DNA of 63,922 nt, counting the filler, from Vezdaea acicularis (lineage: Eukaryota), in assembly GCA_026025075.1 (NCBI GenBank). It is 4 parts of 4 records of this genome, joined end to end, with 100 filler letters (N's around TTAATTAATTAA, not from the genome) between each part and the next. Parts side by side here need not be neighbours in the genome. Positions count along the whole stretch, not along the records: positions 1 to 16,891 come from JAPEUI010000216.1; positions 16,992 to 32,989 come from JAPEUI010000218.1; 2 more parts are not named here. The stretch is one strand, 5' to 3'. The notes under the pieces were generated by a model, which was not told the DNA's origin, searched no databases, and worked only from the letters and a program-made list of their open reading frames with translations. The position numbers and the translations under genes are program-made. Below are positions 12,140 to 24,195 of this stretch, one piece after another; position 1 is the stretch's first letter, and the number at the start of each line of letters is the position of its first letter.

Positions 12140-14644
12140 CTACCCGACCTTCTTTCCCACCCCCGAGGCCACAGACGCAGACGCAGACGCAGATGCCGAT
12201 GCGGCCGGACCCCTCGGCGGTTCTCGAACAAGCGTGAGCATAACCGGCTGCTGCCCCTTGAGCAAAACCTCTTGACCTGGCGCCATCTCCAACCCACCCC
12301 TACCCACATCCGACGCAGTTCCAGTTCCAGTCCCAACAGCAGCAGCAGCAGTAGCAGCAGTAGCAGTAGTAGCAGTAGCAGTGCGATCAAAACTACGCGG
12401 ATCGATGCCCAGAATGCCCCCGACATTATTGCGGTCGCCAGGCACGGAGAACTCGCGATAGGCGTAGCGCCACTCGTTGAGGAAACCACGGATGGCTTTG
12501 CCGACTTTGTCTTTCCCGTTTTTGGAGTGGTGGCCGGTTCCCGTGATGGCGTAGAGGGGGGCGGGGGAGGATTGTTGGTCGAGGAGGACGCGCTCGAGGT
12601 ATTCGACTGCTTCGTCGGGGTGGAGGCCTGGGGGGGAAAGGGGGGGTTAGTGGGTGGGAAGATGGGAGGGGGAAAAAGGGGGACGGCACCGTGGAGATCG
12701 ACGTAGAGTTCGCTGTTGGGGGCGCGGTCTTTGTTGCGTTCTTCGTATAGCTGGCGGGCGGCTTCGCGGTGGGCTTTTCGCATGAGGTCGTTCTCGCTTT
12801 GGCCGCGGAGGCTGAGCGCTTTGGCGGCGCGGGAGTCGTTGCGGTTCCATGCTTGGGCGGCGCTGGGATGGTCTTTAATGATGGGCTTGACGACGATAGG
12901 GGAGGAGACCAACCTTTGCAGAAACTTGTTTCTCAGGCCGCCATGCTTGATGGCGTCTTGGCGCGCCTTGAGATATGCCTTGTTCGCTTTATCGCCAGTC
13001 TCGAGCCAGGGTACATGTTGGGGCGGCGGGATAGCTTGTGCGGCTGCGCTGTTCTCGCGGGTGCTGGTGAAGCTCTTGTTAGACCTGAGACTCTTCTTCG
13101 TCAGGCTAGGGACCGGTGATGGAGACATCCTGACAACGTCAGCTAGAGATGTCGGTCCAGCTGGAAGCGCTTCTCTATGGTTATGCCCATGCCCACCACG
13201 CTTGCCATGATGCTTTTTAGCTGCTTTGACAGTTGCTGCTCCCAGCGTAGGGAATGCTTCTGTGTCATCAACAGCAGGCACAGGCGGCGTGGGTTCTCGA
13301 GAGCGGGACCTGCTTGCAGGCCGAGAGCGAGACCTCTGAGAAGAGCCGTCTCCATAATACATCTGTCCGCTTCCGAAACCCGGAGCTACCAGTCCATTTG
13401 GATTGTACATGGGAGATGGATACCCTCCATTGGATATCTGGTTTTGATACGACGCCCATTGCTCCGAAGTCACTGGCTGCAAGGACGGGAAAGAATTGTA
13501 GTCTTGGACTTGAAAAGTAGGCTGAGGGCTCTGGTTTTCGTCGACTCCAACGCGGCTAACAAGAGTTGAGGGGTCGTGTGAAAACCCGCATGTGTCTCCA
13601 GCCAGGCAGTTACCCATTAGCCAGTACCTGTAAAGTCAGTTTCGTTCCTAAAAAGAAGCAGCCCGCAAGAGGCAGAACCTACTTGCAGATCAAATTACTA
13701 GAGTCGTGAATGAATCTGCAGTCTGCTCGAAGACAAGAGCCGGTAGAGAGGTAGTATTTGCAGATGATGCCACTTCGCTGCTGCTGTCCTGACGGGGTAA
13801 CTGGTCTCTGCGTGTTCGTAGACATCGATTTACCAATTACGATGGTTGCGCTTGGGTCCGCTGGAGGGCTCTGCATCGTGTGTTGCTCCCAATTCTGCCC
13901 CTCCATCAGCGTGTTTATAGTGGCACTCAGATCATAATTATTTAGTTGTAGGGCATTTTCTATTTCTTCATCAGACCTTCCTTCGCCAACTACCGAGCGG
14001 AGCATATCGTAGGGTCCCATGTCAACTTGTTGTGGCTGGATATATGACGCAGCGCCTCCGTTGAGATTGCTCTCAAACGGGTATGCTCCGCCTCCTGAGG
14101 ATGCAGTACTCCCAGCATCATCATTAACTAGCCAATCCACATTTTCGCTCCCCAGGTCGCCATACGTCTCTCGTGATGGGCTCGTTTCGGTAGGAAATTC
14201 GTATGATTGTAGACTCGGAGAGTGTGGAATGGGGCTCGAAAACGCTAGCCGTGGCGAAGGCCGTGGAGAGGTGAAGGGCGAAGCGGTTGAAGATTTGGTT
14301 CTCATAAAAGCTGGAGGAGCGACACCAAATCCCGGCGGTGGCGCTGGGCTTGACGTCGCTCCAGGTGATGAAGCAGAGGGTGTCGATGAACGTTGCAGCT
14401 GCCACGGCGCTGGAGAAGGACGACGGACTACGGTGTGGCGCATAGGTACAGGAGAAGAGGAAGGGCCCTTCGACTCTCGAAATCGCCAGAGCGCATCAAG
14501 TATGGTATCATCTCGTATGGTTCCCTTCAGCGAAGTCTTCTGAGCAAGTAGCTCCTCCAACTTCTCCGTTTTGACCTCATCCTCTAGGTTCAGATCCTGG
14601 AGTATTGGCAGACACAGCTCGTAAATCGTGTCGGAAATCATCAT
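12140..14644 (-). CDS. CCCH zinc-finger, DUF1771 and Smr-domain protein with a CUE/UBA-like segment; 3 introns
   Basis: ICKYYLSTGSCLRADCRFIHD and CK|YWLMGNCLAGDTCGFSHD (two CCCH fingers). YLKARQDAIKHG..AAQAWNRND..ALSLRGQ (DUF1771). YVDLHG|LHPDEAVEYL..YAITGTGHHS (Smr). Confidence 0.88.
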
Positions 14645-15813
14645 GAGAGAATGCAAGAGAGTTCATACGATGAACGGAGCTATAGACTTTCCATTGTAAG
14701 CTAAGTCCCATGCTGCATTCATCAGCTTCTTTACTTGCAAGAGAAGGTAGTCAATGTCGTGGGCTTGCGAGGGGTGAAGTCCTAGGAGACGAAGCAAGTG
14801 CACTCTGAGGTGAGCAAGTAGCGAAAGGGAAGCAAGCAAAGAGCTACGGCATCGTGAATTAAAGCCTCAAATATACACCGAGGATCAGCGAGAAGGGCGA
14901 GGCGTGCAACAAGGGTAGGAGGGTGTTTCGAGAGCTGATGCAGATGCGTAGAACAAAGGTCCGGGATCAGGCCGCCCTAACAGCCCTGCGCAAAGATCAG
15001 CGGGGAGCCAAGGCATGGGGCGCGGACAGCCGAGATCCTGGGAGTGTCACAGTCTAAGCTTCAGTTGCATGTGGCCATGAGAACTATAGTAATCAGAAGA
15101 CAACAGACATGTGCATTGAGACTTGATCTAGTACGTTGTTCTGCACTGATATGCCAGCGATTCTATTTCAAGTTATATCGTCTTATGGGACACGCTAACA
15201 GCCAGCCCCGCGATATGGGCTGTTGCTTCTCCTCTGCCCCCAGCCACGCTTTTGTCTTTTCATTTACCAAATCAACCGCATAACAGACATGAAATCAGGG
15301 TTCGATTCGTCATACAGACGAGGATGAAATTTAGTAACATAAAGTGGTTGCGACTCTGCACGATACCGCCCGACTAAGAATGCATATGACGTCGGTCCCC
15401 GCCTTGCGACCTGCACCAGGGCCTAGAGACCGCATTGCACAATGCTTGTTTTAACAGCCAATTGATATGTGGTATAGATGCTACTTTCGCGGTGAATTCA
15501 CAGCATTGTTGATAAGTTGTTTGGGACTGGCCACACCATCTTGCGCCGTTTTGGGATTACGCGCCGTTAAAGGCCTCTTTCCGGAAACCTCTCTATCCAG
15601 AGAATTGGTCCCTCTCGGCAGCGGCTACGGACTTAATATTTAGCCCGGCCGCTTATTCGTCATCACGAAACTTGTCCGTGTAGACTATCGAGCAGCATCA
15701 GGAATACCTGAGGCGGCCGTCCTTTACCCTAAACTTCACAGGATGGCTCTCTAGTATTCAAGGAGCATTTATCCCTTCACTTGTCAGACTCTGTCGCTTG
15801 GGTCTATCTCACC

Positions 15814-16891
15814 ATGCCGGCCGGGTACCAGTCCACCGCCTGGGCTTTATCTCTTCCCGTCTCACCTCCTGGATCACCCTCCTCGACTCGAGAGAACATA
15901 GTTCCGCCATGGCGGCGATCTCTCTCAGATTCATCGCGGATGCGACGACCAACAAAGAGATCCTTCAAGGACGAATGGGTCCACAATGCGGAAGTACTCC
16001 AGCGAAAAGTGCTGAGTGTCTGGAAGAAGATGAAAACATGGCAAAGGATCCTCGCAATTGTGGCCGTGATCATCTTGGGCGTCCTTGGAGTGTTGTTCTT
16101 GATCTTCAATGAAAGAGTGTTTGGCTGGTTGCATCCTGTCGCAGTAACATGGAGGAACCTACCGGCTGGCTGGCTGATCGTCTGGGCCATGATCTTCGTG
16201 TGCGCTTTCCCACCTGTCATTGGTTATACAACATGTGTGATGATAGCTGGCTTCCTTTATGGCTTTAGAAACGGGTATGCTTCTCAGATAGGGGGCTCTC
16301 TGCAGACGTCCAGACCCACATAGATACAAGCTAAGATCAACTTTTACAGATGGCTCATAGCGGCGACCGCCACCGTTGCCGGTTCTACATGCGCATTCCT
16401 TACTTCTCGAACTCTCTTCCAAAACTATGTCAATCGACTGGTCGCCAACGACAAGCGCTTTGCTGCTCTGGCGCTTACTCTGAAGCACGATGGCCTGAAG
16501 CTGCTGTGCATGATCAGGCTCTGCCCCTTGCCATACTCTCTGACCAACGGCGCAATGTCGACCTTCCCGACAGTCCAACCTCTGTCTTATGCCCTGGCGA
16601 CTGCAATTTCAACGCCCAAGATCATGATTCACGTGTTCATTGGAGGGAGGTTGTCGGACCTGGCGGAAAGGGGGGAAAAGATGGATGCCAGCACGAAAGC
16701 TATCAATTACACTAGCATCACCGTAGGGATTATCTTGGGAGTCTCGGTAGGGTGGTTTATATACCGCAGGTAAGGCGATTTCCCATAGCAACTTCCCACA
16801 TCCAAATCATCACTAACGCTCGTATCAGAACGGTGGCTCGAGCGGAGCAACTCGAAGCCGAGGAGCGCTCCCATATCCGAGACAGTCCAGA
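15814..16891 (+). CDS. TVP38: Tvp38/DedA (SNARE-associated, VTT domain) Golgi membrane protein; 3' end lost in gap
   Basis: TM segments, FPPVIGY...[30 protein letters not shown] and [13 protein letters not shown]. Two introns; the frame runs into the N spacer. Confidence 0.85.
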
Positions 16892-16991
16892 NNNNNNNNN
16901 NNNNNNNNNNNNNNNNNNNNNNNNNNNNNNNNNNNTTAATTAATTAANNNNNNNNNNNNNNNNNNNNNNNNNNNNNNNNNNNNNNNNNNNN
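16892..16991. other. Assembly spacer (44 N + TTAATTAATTAA + 44 N)
   Basis: Exactly 100 bp; the linker carries stops in all six frames. Confidence 0.97.
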
Positions 16992-17302
16992 TTGTGGTTG
17001 TCGGAACATACTGTCTGAGACCATAAGGTATTGCTGAGCGCTTCAACTTTCTCCATGGATGCGAGAGTTCATAGAATGCAGCTGTACGCGAAGCCCGAGG
17101 CCGTTGCCGTGGTGATCTCGCTTCCGCTTACCTGATTCGTGTAAACTCACCAACATGCGAGAAGCTTTGAAGCGTCACCCCTCGTGGAGACTTCTCAGGT
17201 ATTTTTTTGTTACAGTTCCTCGTCATGGTTCTATTTTGTACATCATCATGATTCAGTTCTCTGTGGTAATTTCTAGAATTCACCCCTGGCGCCAAAGGGA
17301 CC

Positions 17303-20300
17303 ATGAGCAGTACCGCGCGCTCTCTAGAGCAACAAGCCGGGGCTGTCAAAGATGCGTTGCGGGACCCATCGACATGCTCCTCTTTGACAGTGAGGGCTCT
17401 TGATGAGCTTCTCAGTCCAACGAAAAGCGTACCGACTACTCAGAGGCCTTTCAAGCCCACAAAAAAGATCCAAAGCAAATCAAGACTGAAGTCCGCAACC
17501 ACAGCTCAAGATGCGGGCGCGAAATCTAAACTTAAGGTGCTCGAGGATCAGGAACCTCGATCAGCCTCTCTTTCGACTACTGAACGATACATCCTTGCGA
17601 CTGAAGTAATAAACATCACTCTGAAAGTATTGACAGAGGCAATCAAAAATCCCCGACGCCTAAAACGCGCTTCATCATCGAGAGAGGTTCCGCAGCTTGA
17701 ACGATCGTCATCCTTCAATAGGAACTTGTCTCGATCACCTTCTGCTCCTCAGTTACCCCTTCAACCACAGTCATTCAATCGAGTCTCGAATTCCCCAGCA
17801 GAATCATTGAAAATGAAGCGCGAGCCTCCTTCAAATGCTCTTCTCCGTACTGATTTGGCAAATATTATTGCTTGCTCTCAACTAGGGTTCGCACACCTTA
17901 GATTGGCCCAGGTAACGGAGGGAGGTGCCAAATCTATGCCATATCTACAGTTGGAGGCAGGAATGTCTGCCCTGGTTGGAAAGCTTATATCTTTAGGATA
18001 TCAAGACAAGGCATTGAAGGAGTTGAGAATATTGAAGAGGAGGCTCGGAGGGGAGCCGGTAAAACTTCATACGGCCGACAAGAAGATGCGCAAGGTCGGA
18101 GACCAGGATACAGGCTCTGATAAGGAGACTCTCGCTGGCTTGCTACTCTTCGGCGACGTTGAGATTCCAGAGGCCGCAATCGGATTAGTTATTCAGACCC
18201 AGCTGCACGCCCTGAAGATCATCGCATCGTCCGGCAAGCCATCCGTAGTAGAAGAAGCGGTTCGCTATCTAGATGTAACTCTGCCGAACTCACCCACGGA
18301 TCTGTTGGTGAAAAGCGCCTCTCGACCCCAATCAGTAGCGAAAGCTGTACAGCAATTGCAGGTTCTATCACACCAGATTTTCTCTCTATGTCCCAGCTTA
18401 TCAACTACTGAAGATTACGCGAGCGTTGATCGCAAAACTTCAGTCGCGCCAGAAGTGGCTATACGCCTGCAGATCCTAGGACTAGAGGTTCGAGTAATCT
18501 GGTGGATGCTGGCGGACCATCAAGCAGATGTCGACAGAGAACTACTCGAAATCTTGAGCAAGTGTCTTAGGACCTTTTACCGTCGGTCATCAATATCACA
18601 AAAGGAGAAAGTCGCGCTCGCTTCTGACCTTTACGATAACTTGTCTAGGACTGCTGCCAACTTCAAATTTGATAAGGTGGGCCAAAAACGCCTAAAGAAC
18701 TTTAGTATCTGCAAGCAATTTGCATCTATGGCACAACAAGCCCATTTACATGAAGAGGCTGCCAGCTGGTGGGAGGAAGCGTTGGGATTTCTCTCGAGTA
18801 GCGAGATATCAGACGCCCCCATGTGCTCTTGTCTGGCAAGGCTGGCGTCCTCAAGACTTCGAAGCCAGGAATTATCATACCCGATAAGCAAACTTGAATC
18901 AGCACTAACGGATGTTATAAGAGGGCTGGAGGGGAGTCTTCGAGGAGACTTGATTGAATTGGACGAGCTTTCAGTCGACGCTGCAATGCTGAGGAAAGTA
19001 GCAGCTGGGCATCTAATGAAACAGATGGCTCCTGCAATATCATCAAACGAGGCCAATAAATTTGAAGTCACGAATCTGAACAAACTTTGCTTCGATGCAG
19101 TTATTGCCAGCATCCGGTTCCAAACGAGGTACCTTGGATCCAAGCCAGGCGCAAATGATGGCGCCAAAGCTCTACTGCAGTATGAGCAACGCAGAGCCGT
19201 GACGCGGACTTGGATTTCAAATGCAGTGGAGCCTACTGTTTGCCTCCTCCGAGCGTTAGTCAGCTCTGATGCTATTGAACTTGGCCAAATCGATAGTGTC
19301 TCGCGAGACTGCTCGTTCCTTGTCGATGCAGTGAATGAACCGGACGAACATCCACAAGATCATTACCCCAACCCAAAGGCTTTTTACGTTATGGCGTCGA
19401 ATATCTACTGGTTATATTATCTGAAGAAAAAGCAGGGGAATCCAGATGCCGAGGCCAAGTCAAGCATCCACTGTCTTCGAAGGGCAGTAGAGTTCCTTAT
19501 GGGAAGGCCGTCAGCAGAGCAAGAGGCTGGTCTTATAGCTACAAAGTCCGAGAAGCTAGCAGGCGCCCTCTCCTCTTACGGCAAGACTGAAGAAGCAATG
19601 GACTACTATCGTCGAGCCATCGCCTTCTACGCTAATGGAGAGATAATGGAGAACGTCGTTGAATGTGCGACTCATTCGTCGATAGCCAAGATTCGACAAG
19701 CTGTACCTAAAATAGCAGCATTGGAAAGAAGCATTGCGGCTTATACAAGATTGGTCTCAAAGAGCGCAACTGAAGATTCCTCGAAAAAGATGATATTGAA
19801 CGACCTGGAAATCTCTCACGATAGGCGCGGCCTCCTTCTTGAATTACAATTTGAAAGCCTCCAAGAAATGTACTACGCGAAGCCATCACGCACGAGTTAT
19901 GCAGAGGCCATAGCCCACTGTTGTCACGAGTTATTAAAGATATACACACCATCGCGGTATCCGATTCGACGACTTCGAAGTCTTGTTCGAGCGCTACGTC
20001 TTTCTGACGACGCAACTAGAACGCTAGACGGAAGCCATCTCGCCGAGCTAGTCGAGGAGTTGGATATTTCTGCAACTTCCGACCAAGGATTAGATGCTGG
20101 TCTTTATGGATATCGTCGACATCTGTCAATTTCTGCTTCCATTTGTGTCGCACTTCGGCAAGTCAGCATCCCCTTTGGAGATGTAGAGCGATGTCTAAAC
20201 GAGTGGGTATCGATCATTGGAAAAGACGACTTGTGGGACTCACTTCTGGATAAAGTCGATGATGTAAATGGTTTTGTTCCTCTGATGAGGTCGATAGCAG

Positions 20301-23300
20301 AGTTCTTGGCTGTTCAAGGGAAAGACCAGCTGAGACTGTCACTCTTGAGCCTCGTTGCGCGATTCAACGACATTGAACAGTCACAAATTTGCAAAGACGC
20401 TGGGTTTGATATGATTCAATTGGCTCTACAGTATCTCAGATTAGGTTACTCGGGTAGAGCGGGGCTAATCCTGGCTAAAATTGAGGGCAGTTGCAAAGAG
20501 CCTAGCCAGAAGGATGAGCTCAGGTTGCGTTGGGACTTGGCGTATGCGGAATACCTGATATCTATCAGCAATATGGAGAAAAGGGACGAGAGCCTTGAAT
20601 CCGCTAGCCGCTCAGTCGCACAATTATACGAAGCTGGAAACCGGAAAACTCTATCAAGTACACTTCACGACCGAGCAAGAGCAAATGAAATGGTTGCTGA
20701 GATGTCATATCTGTACTCTTTATCGGCTTTCGAGAACGGACGGGTTGAGGATGCCTTATCTTGTGCGAAGCAGTCCGTCAGATATCACTACCGCGCGTGG
20801 GCATGTCTGGAGAATCGACCAATATTGAAGGCAACGGTCACTGAGCCTGAGGATTCTAGAATGGACACGGATACCACAGTAGAGACTTTCTTGAAAGCAT
20901 CGACGAACGAGTTGCCGCACCCGGTCATGTCCATGACTCATGAGCTGCTGAACGGGCCCAAGTTTTGGTCTCTGGCCTTGTCGTTGCACCGGTCGTTGAT
21001 GCTACTCTCACGAGTATATTCGGACCATGGGTTCTCTCGAGAGGCAGTGCATTATGCAGGGAAAGCGCTGATTATTGCCGAAGCTGTTCGATCCGACATC
21101 CTCGCAGCTGACAGCCTTGCCGTCATTGGGGACTATCGTGTCCGAAGTGGGGACATGGAGGAAGGAAAACTCAGGCTAGATCGAGCCAAATACCTGGATA
21201 TTGAGGCTGCGACGAGCAAGGATGTAGTGGGTCTTCACTGTGCTTTTGGAAACCTTTTCAAGCTTCAAAAAGACTGGAGCAATGAAATTTCTTCTTATAG
21301 AAAGGCAGAAGAAATACTTGCGAAGCTCCGGGAACCGTCTTATATCACTAATTTGGAGAGCATCTCTAGCTCAAGCACGGGCCTCGAAGTAGCGCTAGGA
21401 GATCTTTCTCTTAGTGAAAAAGTTGCGACAAAACCGAAGACGACTGGTTCTCGAACCAACAGGACGGGAGCCACAAAGCGGGGAAAGGGTGCGATATCAA
21501 AACCGAAAAAGGAGGTGACAGTGCAACAAAGTCCTGCTGCGGTCGAATGTGTTCAGCTTTCCAAGTTACACGGGAACATCCTTCGATTCAAGGCGGCGGC
21601 ACTTTCTCGACAGAAGAGAGCTATTGACGCTGAAGTATGCTTACAGGAGGCAGAAATACTGCCTCGATCCCAAAACGGTCTTGTTCAGCAGCGGCTTGTC
21701 GTAGCGAAGAACTGCTATCGCCAGGCGATTGCTAATATGAACAAGGACCAAGTGTTCCGTGTAGTGCAAGAGTCGACGATATCATTTCCGTCCATTGCAG
21801 GGACCTCTAGGCAGTATGAACGATATCACTCTGGAGTCGGTGGTCATTTGTCACTGTCACCTCCTCAGAAACCGCCCTCAAAACCATTGTCACAACGATC
21901 GGCTCAGCCACGTACGCCAGCAAAAGAAGACATCGCGGCCATTCTAGACCATGCCAGAGAACAGATCTCTCAAGTCATAACGTTAGCAATGCGAGCATGT
22001 TCAACTCCGACCATTCACAGCCTTTCCAAGAACCTCGGAAGCATAATATTGCTCTTGTCCTCTGTCAATGCCGGAAAGACAGTGGAGGGACTTCATCCCT
22101 CTTTTGCAGTATTTGCATTGGAAGTGGCCAGCATCGTTTCTATGAAAAGAGAGAAATTTGTGATGAAACAGGAGAAAATGCTGGGCACATCAAAGACATC
22201 CTTCAATTGGCCAGACCAAGCGAATGGAAGAGCGACGCCGGAACGGTCGAACCGTGCGATCGTTGAGTATTCCCGATTCCAGCATGACTACATCGACATC
22301 ATCCCATCGAAGTGGGCTGTGCTCTCTATCTCATTGAATGAGAATTGCGATGAGCTTGTCATCTCGAAGATACAGGCAGGTCAGGTCCCTTTCATCCTTC
22401 GACTTCCTCTGAGCCGGCACAACTCTCGAGATATGGATGAAGATGTCTTTGGTTTTGAGCAGGGGAAACAGGAGTTGCTGGAGATTTTGGAGCTGGCTAA
22501 TCGCAGCGCACATGACGCGAGTGATATGACCATGAAGGGAGCAAAGACAGCTTGGTGGAAACAGCGCGAAGATCTCGATAATCGATTGAAGGACCTGCTA
22601 CTTAATATCGAGAAGGTCTGGCTTGGCGGCTTTCGGGGCATCTTTTCGGGCCATCGCAGAAAGACCAATCTTCTTGCTCGCTTCCAAAGATCGTTCTTGA
22701 ATATTCTGGATACGCATTTACCATCAAGGCAAAAGACAAAGGGGAGAACGAAGGCCCCACGAACAACACTTGACTCTCGAATCCTTGAACTGTTCATCGG
22801 TCTAGGCGACCCAGCGGCCGCAGACATGGAGCTCGACGAACCACTTACGGATCTTCTCTACTTTGTAGTGGACATCTTGCAGTTCCATGGCGAGAGGAAT
22901 GCGTACGACGAGATTGACTTGGACTCTATTATCGTCGAGGTCCAGGACGCGCTGAAAAGCTACCACGAAGCTGCCAGGGCACAGGCAAAAGATGCAGCCG
23001 ATACGCACACAATCTTGATTCTGGACAAGGCCCTTCATGGGTTTCCCTGGGAGTCACTTCCTTGCCTAGAAGGCCAATCGGTGTCCCGCCTCCCCTCACT
23101 AGCCTGTCTCCGTGACCGCATCCTCGCTCAACAGCAGGAAAGCCACGATGATCGGGATTCAGACAGATTCTATATCGATCGCACTTCGGGCGCCAGTATC
23201 CTCAATCCCTCTGGGGATCTGCTCGCCACGCAACGCGCGTTTGAAAGCCCTTTTATGAGTCAGCTTACTTCCTGGAACCATATGGTCAACCGAGCGCCAT

Positions 23301-23809
23301 CTGAAGAAGAGTTTTCCGATGCGCTATCTACTTCCTCTCTTTTCCTCTATTTCGGCCACGGCAGCGGCTCGCAATACATCCGTGGGCGCACCGTCAAGCG
23401 GCTCGATAAATGCGCTGTGACAATGCTCATGGGCTGTTCGAGCGGCACGTTGACAGAGGTCGGGGAGTACGAGCCGTACGGCACACCAAGGGACTACATG
23501 GTTGCAGGGTGTCCGGCGTTAGTGGCGACGTTGTGGGATGTTACAGATAAGGATATCGATGCGTTTGCGAACGGAGTTTTTGAGAAGTGGGGCTTGCTGG
23601 GCAAGGCAGCGGCAGAGCAGCCGGTGCCAAAGACCCCGGGGAGAGGCCGAGCAAGGTCGAAAGCTACTACCACCGCGCCGGCTGAGAGTGAGAGGAGAGG
23701 CGAGGAGAGCTTGTGTGAGGCTGTTGCGAGGAGCAGAGAGAGGTGCAGGATGAGGTACTTGAATGGAGCAGCACCGGTTGTATATGGCATTCCTGTATAT
23801 CTGAAATAG
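17303..23809 (+). CDS. ESP1: Separase (peptidase C50; Esp1/BimB/Cut1)
   Basis: 2168-aa ORF with LILDKALHGFPWESLP, SRLPSL, ILNPSGDL, catalytic LFLYFGHGSG (His) and LMGCSS (Cys), VATLWDVTDKDID and YLNGAAPVVYGIP. Confidence 0.96.
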   Translation: MSSTARSLEQQAGAVKDALRDPSTCSSLTVRALDELLSPTKSVPTTQRPFKPTKKIQSKSRLKSATTAQDAGAKSKLKVLEDQEPRSASLSTTERYILATEVINITLKVLTEAIKNPRRLKRASSSREVPQLERSSSFNRNLSRSPSAPQLPLQPQSFNRVSNSPAESLKMKREPPSNALLRTDLANIIACSQLGFAHLRLAQVTEGGAKSMPYLQLEAGMSALVGKLISLGYQDKALKELRILKRRLGGEPVKLHTADKKMRKVGDQDTGSDKETLAGLLLFGDVEIPEAAIGLVIQTQLHALKIIASSGKPSVVEEAVRYLDVTLPNSPTDLLVKSASRPQSVAKAVQQLQVLSHQIFSLCPSLSTTEDYASVDRKTSVAPEVAIRLQILGLEVRVIWWMLADHQADVDRELLEILSKCLRTFYRRSSISQKEKVALASDLYDNLSRTAANFKFDKVGQKRLKNFSICKQFASMAQQAHLHEEAASWWEEALGFLSSSEISDAPMCSCLARLASSRLRSQELSYPISKLESALTDVIRGLEGSLRGDLIELDELSVDAAMLRKVAAGHLMKQMAPAISSNEANKFEVTNLNKLCFDAVIASIRFQTRYLGSKPGANDGAKALLQYEQRRAVTRTWISNAVEPTVCLLRALVSSDAIELGQIDSVSRDCSFLVDAVNEPDEHPQDHYPNPKAFYVMASNIYWLYYLKKKQGNPDAEAKSSIHCLRRAVEFLMGRPSAEQEAGLIATKSEKLAGALSSYGKTEEAMDYYRRAIAFYANGEIMENVVECATHSSIAKIRQAVPKIAALERSIAAYTRLVSKSATEDSSKKMILNDLEISHDRRGLLLELQFESLQEMYYAKPSRTSYAEAIAHCCHELLKIYTPSRYPIRRLRSLVRALRLSDDATRTLDGSHLAELVEELDISATSDQGLDAGLYGYRRHLSISASICVALRQVSIPFGDVERCLNEWVSIIGKDDLWDSLLDKVDDVNGFVPLMRSIAEFLAVQGKDQLRLSLLSLVARFNDIEQSQICKDAGFDMIQLALQYLRLGYSGRAGLILAKIEGSCKEPSQKDELRLRWDLAYAEYLISISNMEKRDESLESASRSVAQLYEAGNRKTLSSTLHDRARANEMVAEMSYLYSLSAFENGRVEDALSCAKQSVRYHYRAWACLENRPILKATVTEPEDSRMDTDTTVETFLKASTNELPHPVMSMTHELLNGPKFWSLALSLHRSLMLLSRVYSDHGFSREAVHYAGKALIIAEAVRSDILAADSLAVIGDYRVRSGDMEEGKLRLDRAKYLDIEAATSKDVVGLHCAFGNLFKLQKDWSNEISSYRKAEEILAKLREPSYITNLESISSSSTGLEVALGDLSLSEKVATKPKTTGSRTNRTGATKRGKGAISKPKKEVTVQQSPAAVECVQLSKLHGNILRFKAAALSRQKRAIDAEVCLQEAEILPRSQNGLVQQRLVVAKNCYRQAIANMNKDQVFRVVQESTISFPSIAGTSRQYERYHSGVGGHLSLSPPQKPPSKPLSQRSAQPRTPAKEDIAAILDHAREQISQVITLAMRACSTPTIHSLSKNLGSIILLLSSVNAGKTVEGLHPSFAVFALEVASIVSMKREKFVMKQEKMLGTSKTSFNWPDQANGRATPERSNRAIVEYSRFQHDYIDIIPSKWAVLSISLNENCDELVISKIQAGQVPFILRLPLSRHNSRDMDEDVFGFEQGKQELLEILELANRSAHDASDMTMKGAKTAWWKQREDLDNRLKDLLLNIEKVWLGGFRGIFSGHRRKTNLLARFQRSFLNILDTHLPSRQKTKGRTKAPRTTLDSRILELFIGLGDPAAADMELDEPLTDLLYFVVDILQFHGERNAYDEIDLDSIIVEVQDALKSYHEAARAQAKDAADTHTILILDKALHGFPWESLPCLEGQSVSRLPSLACLRDRILAQQQESHDDRDSDRFYIDRTSGASILNPSGDLLATQRAFESPFMSQLTSWNHMVNRAPSEEEFSDALSTSSLFLYFGHGSGSQYIRGRTVKRLDKCAVTMLMGCSSGTLTEVGEYEPYGTPRDYMVAGCPALVATLWDVTDKDIDAFANGVFEKWGLLGKAAAEQPVPKTPGRGRARSKATTTAPAESERRGEESLCEAVARSRERCRMRYLNGAAPVVYGIPVYLK

Positions 23810-24195
23810 TCACATGGCGGCTGGCGTATATTCTTTAAGCATTGGGTATAGGGTTGACGGGCGAGTGGCGTTGTCAGATTGTTTGTATTTAATTACGTAC
23901 AAGTCCCTCCTGTTCATAAGAAACGGATCACCGGAGGCTGATATGCATTGGATAAAGGGGAGTCACACGTGAGCAAATCCGTCATTAGCCGGAGAATTGA
24001 ATGGTCCAAGCGGAGGTCGGCCCGCAACGACCCGTCGCTGCATCCGACAGTTTACCTCAATGGGACCCTACAAAGACACCGCGCGTCCTACACCGCGCGT
24101 TCTTCACCTTGATGCATTTTCCAAAGCCCTCGATCAGTTTATAACACAACACCCATCCTCAATTTCTCCGCTCACACCCCCTAACCATCCTCACA

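Noticed and set aside
16936..16947. TTAATTAATTAA recurring three times (also 33034-33045 and 49105-49116) as a biological repeat or TTAA transposon target
   Set aside because: Always centred in 44+44 Ns; it is an artificial six-frame-stop contig linker.
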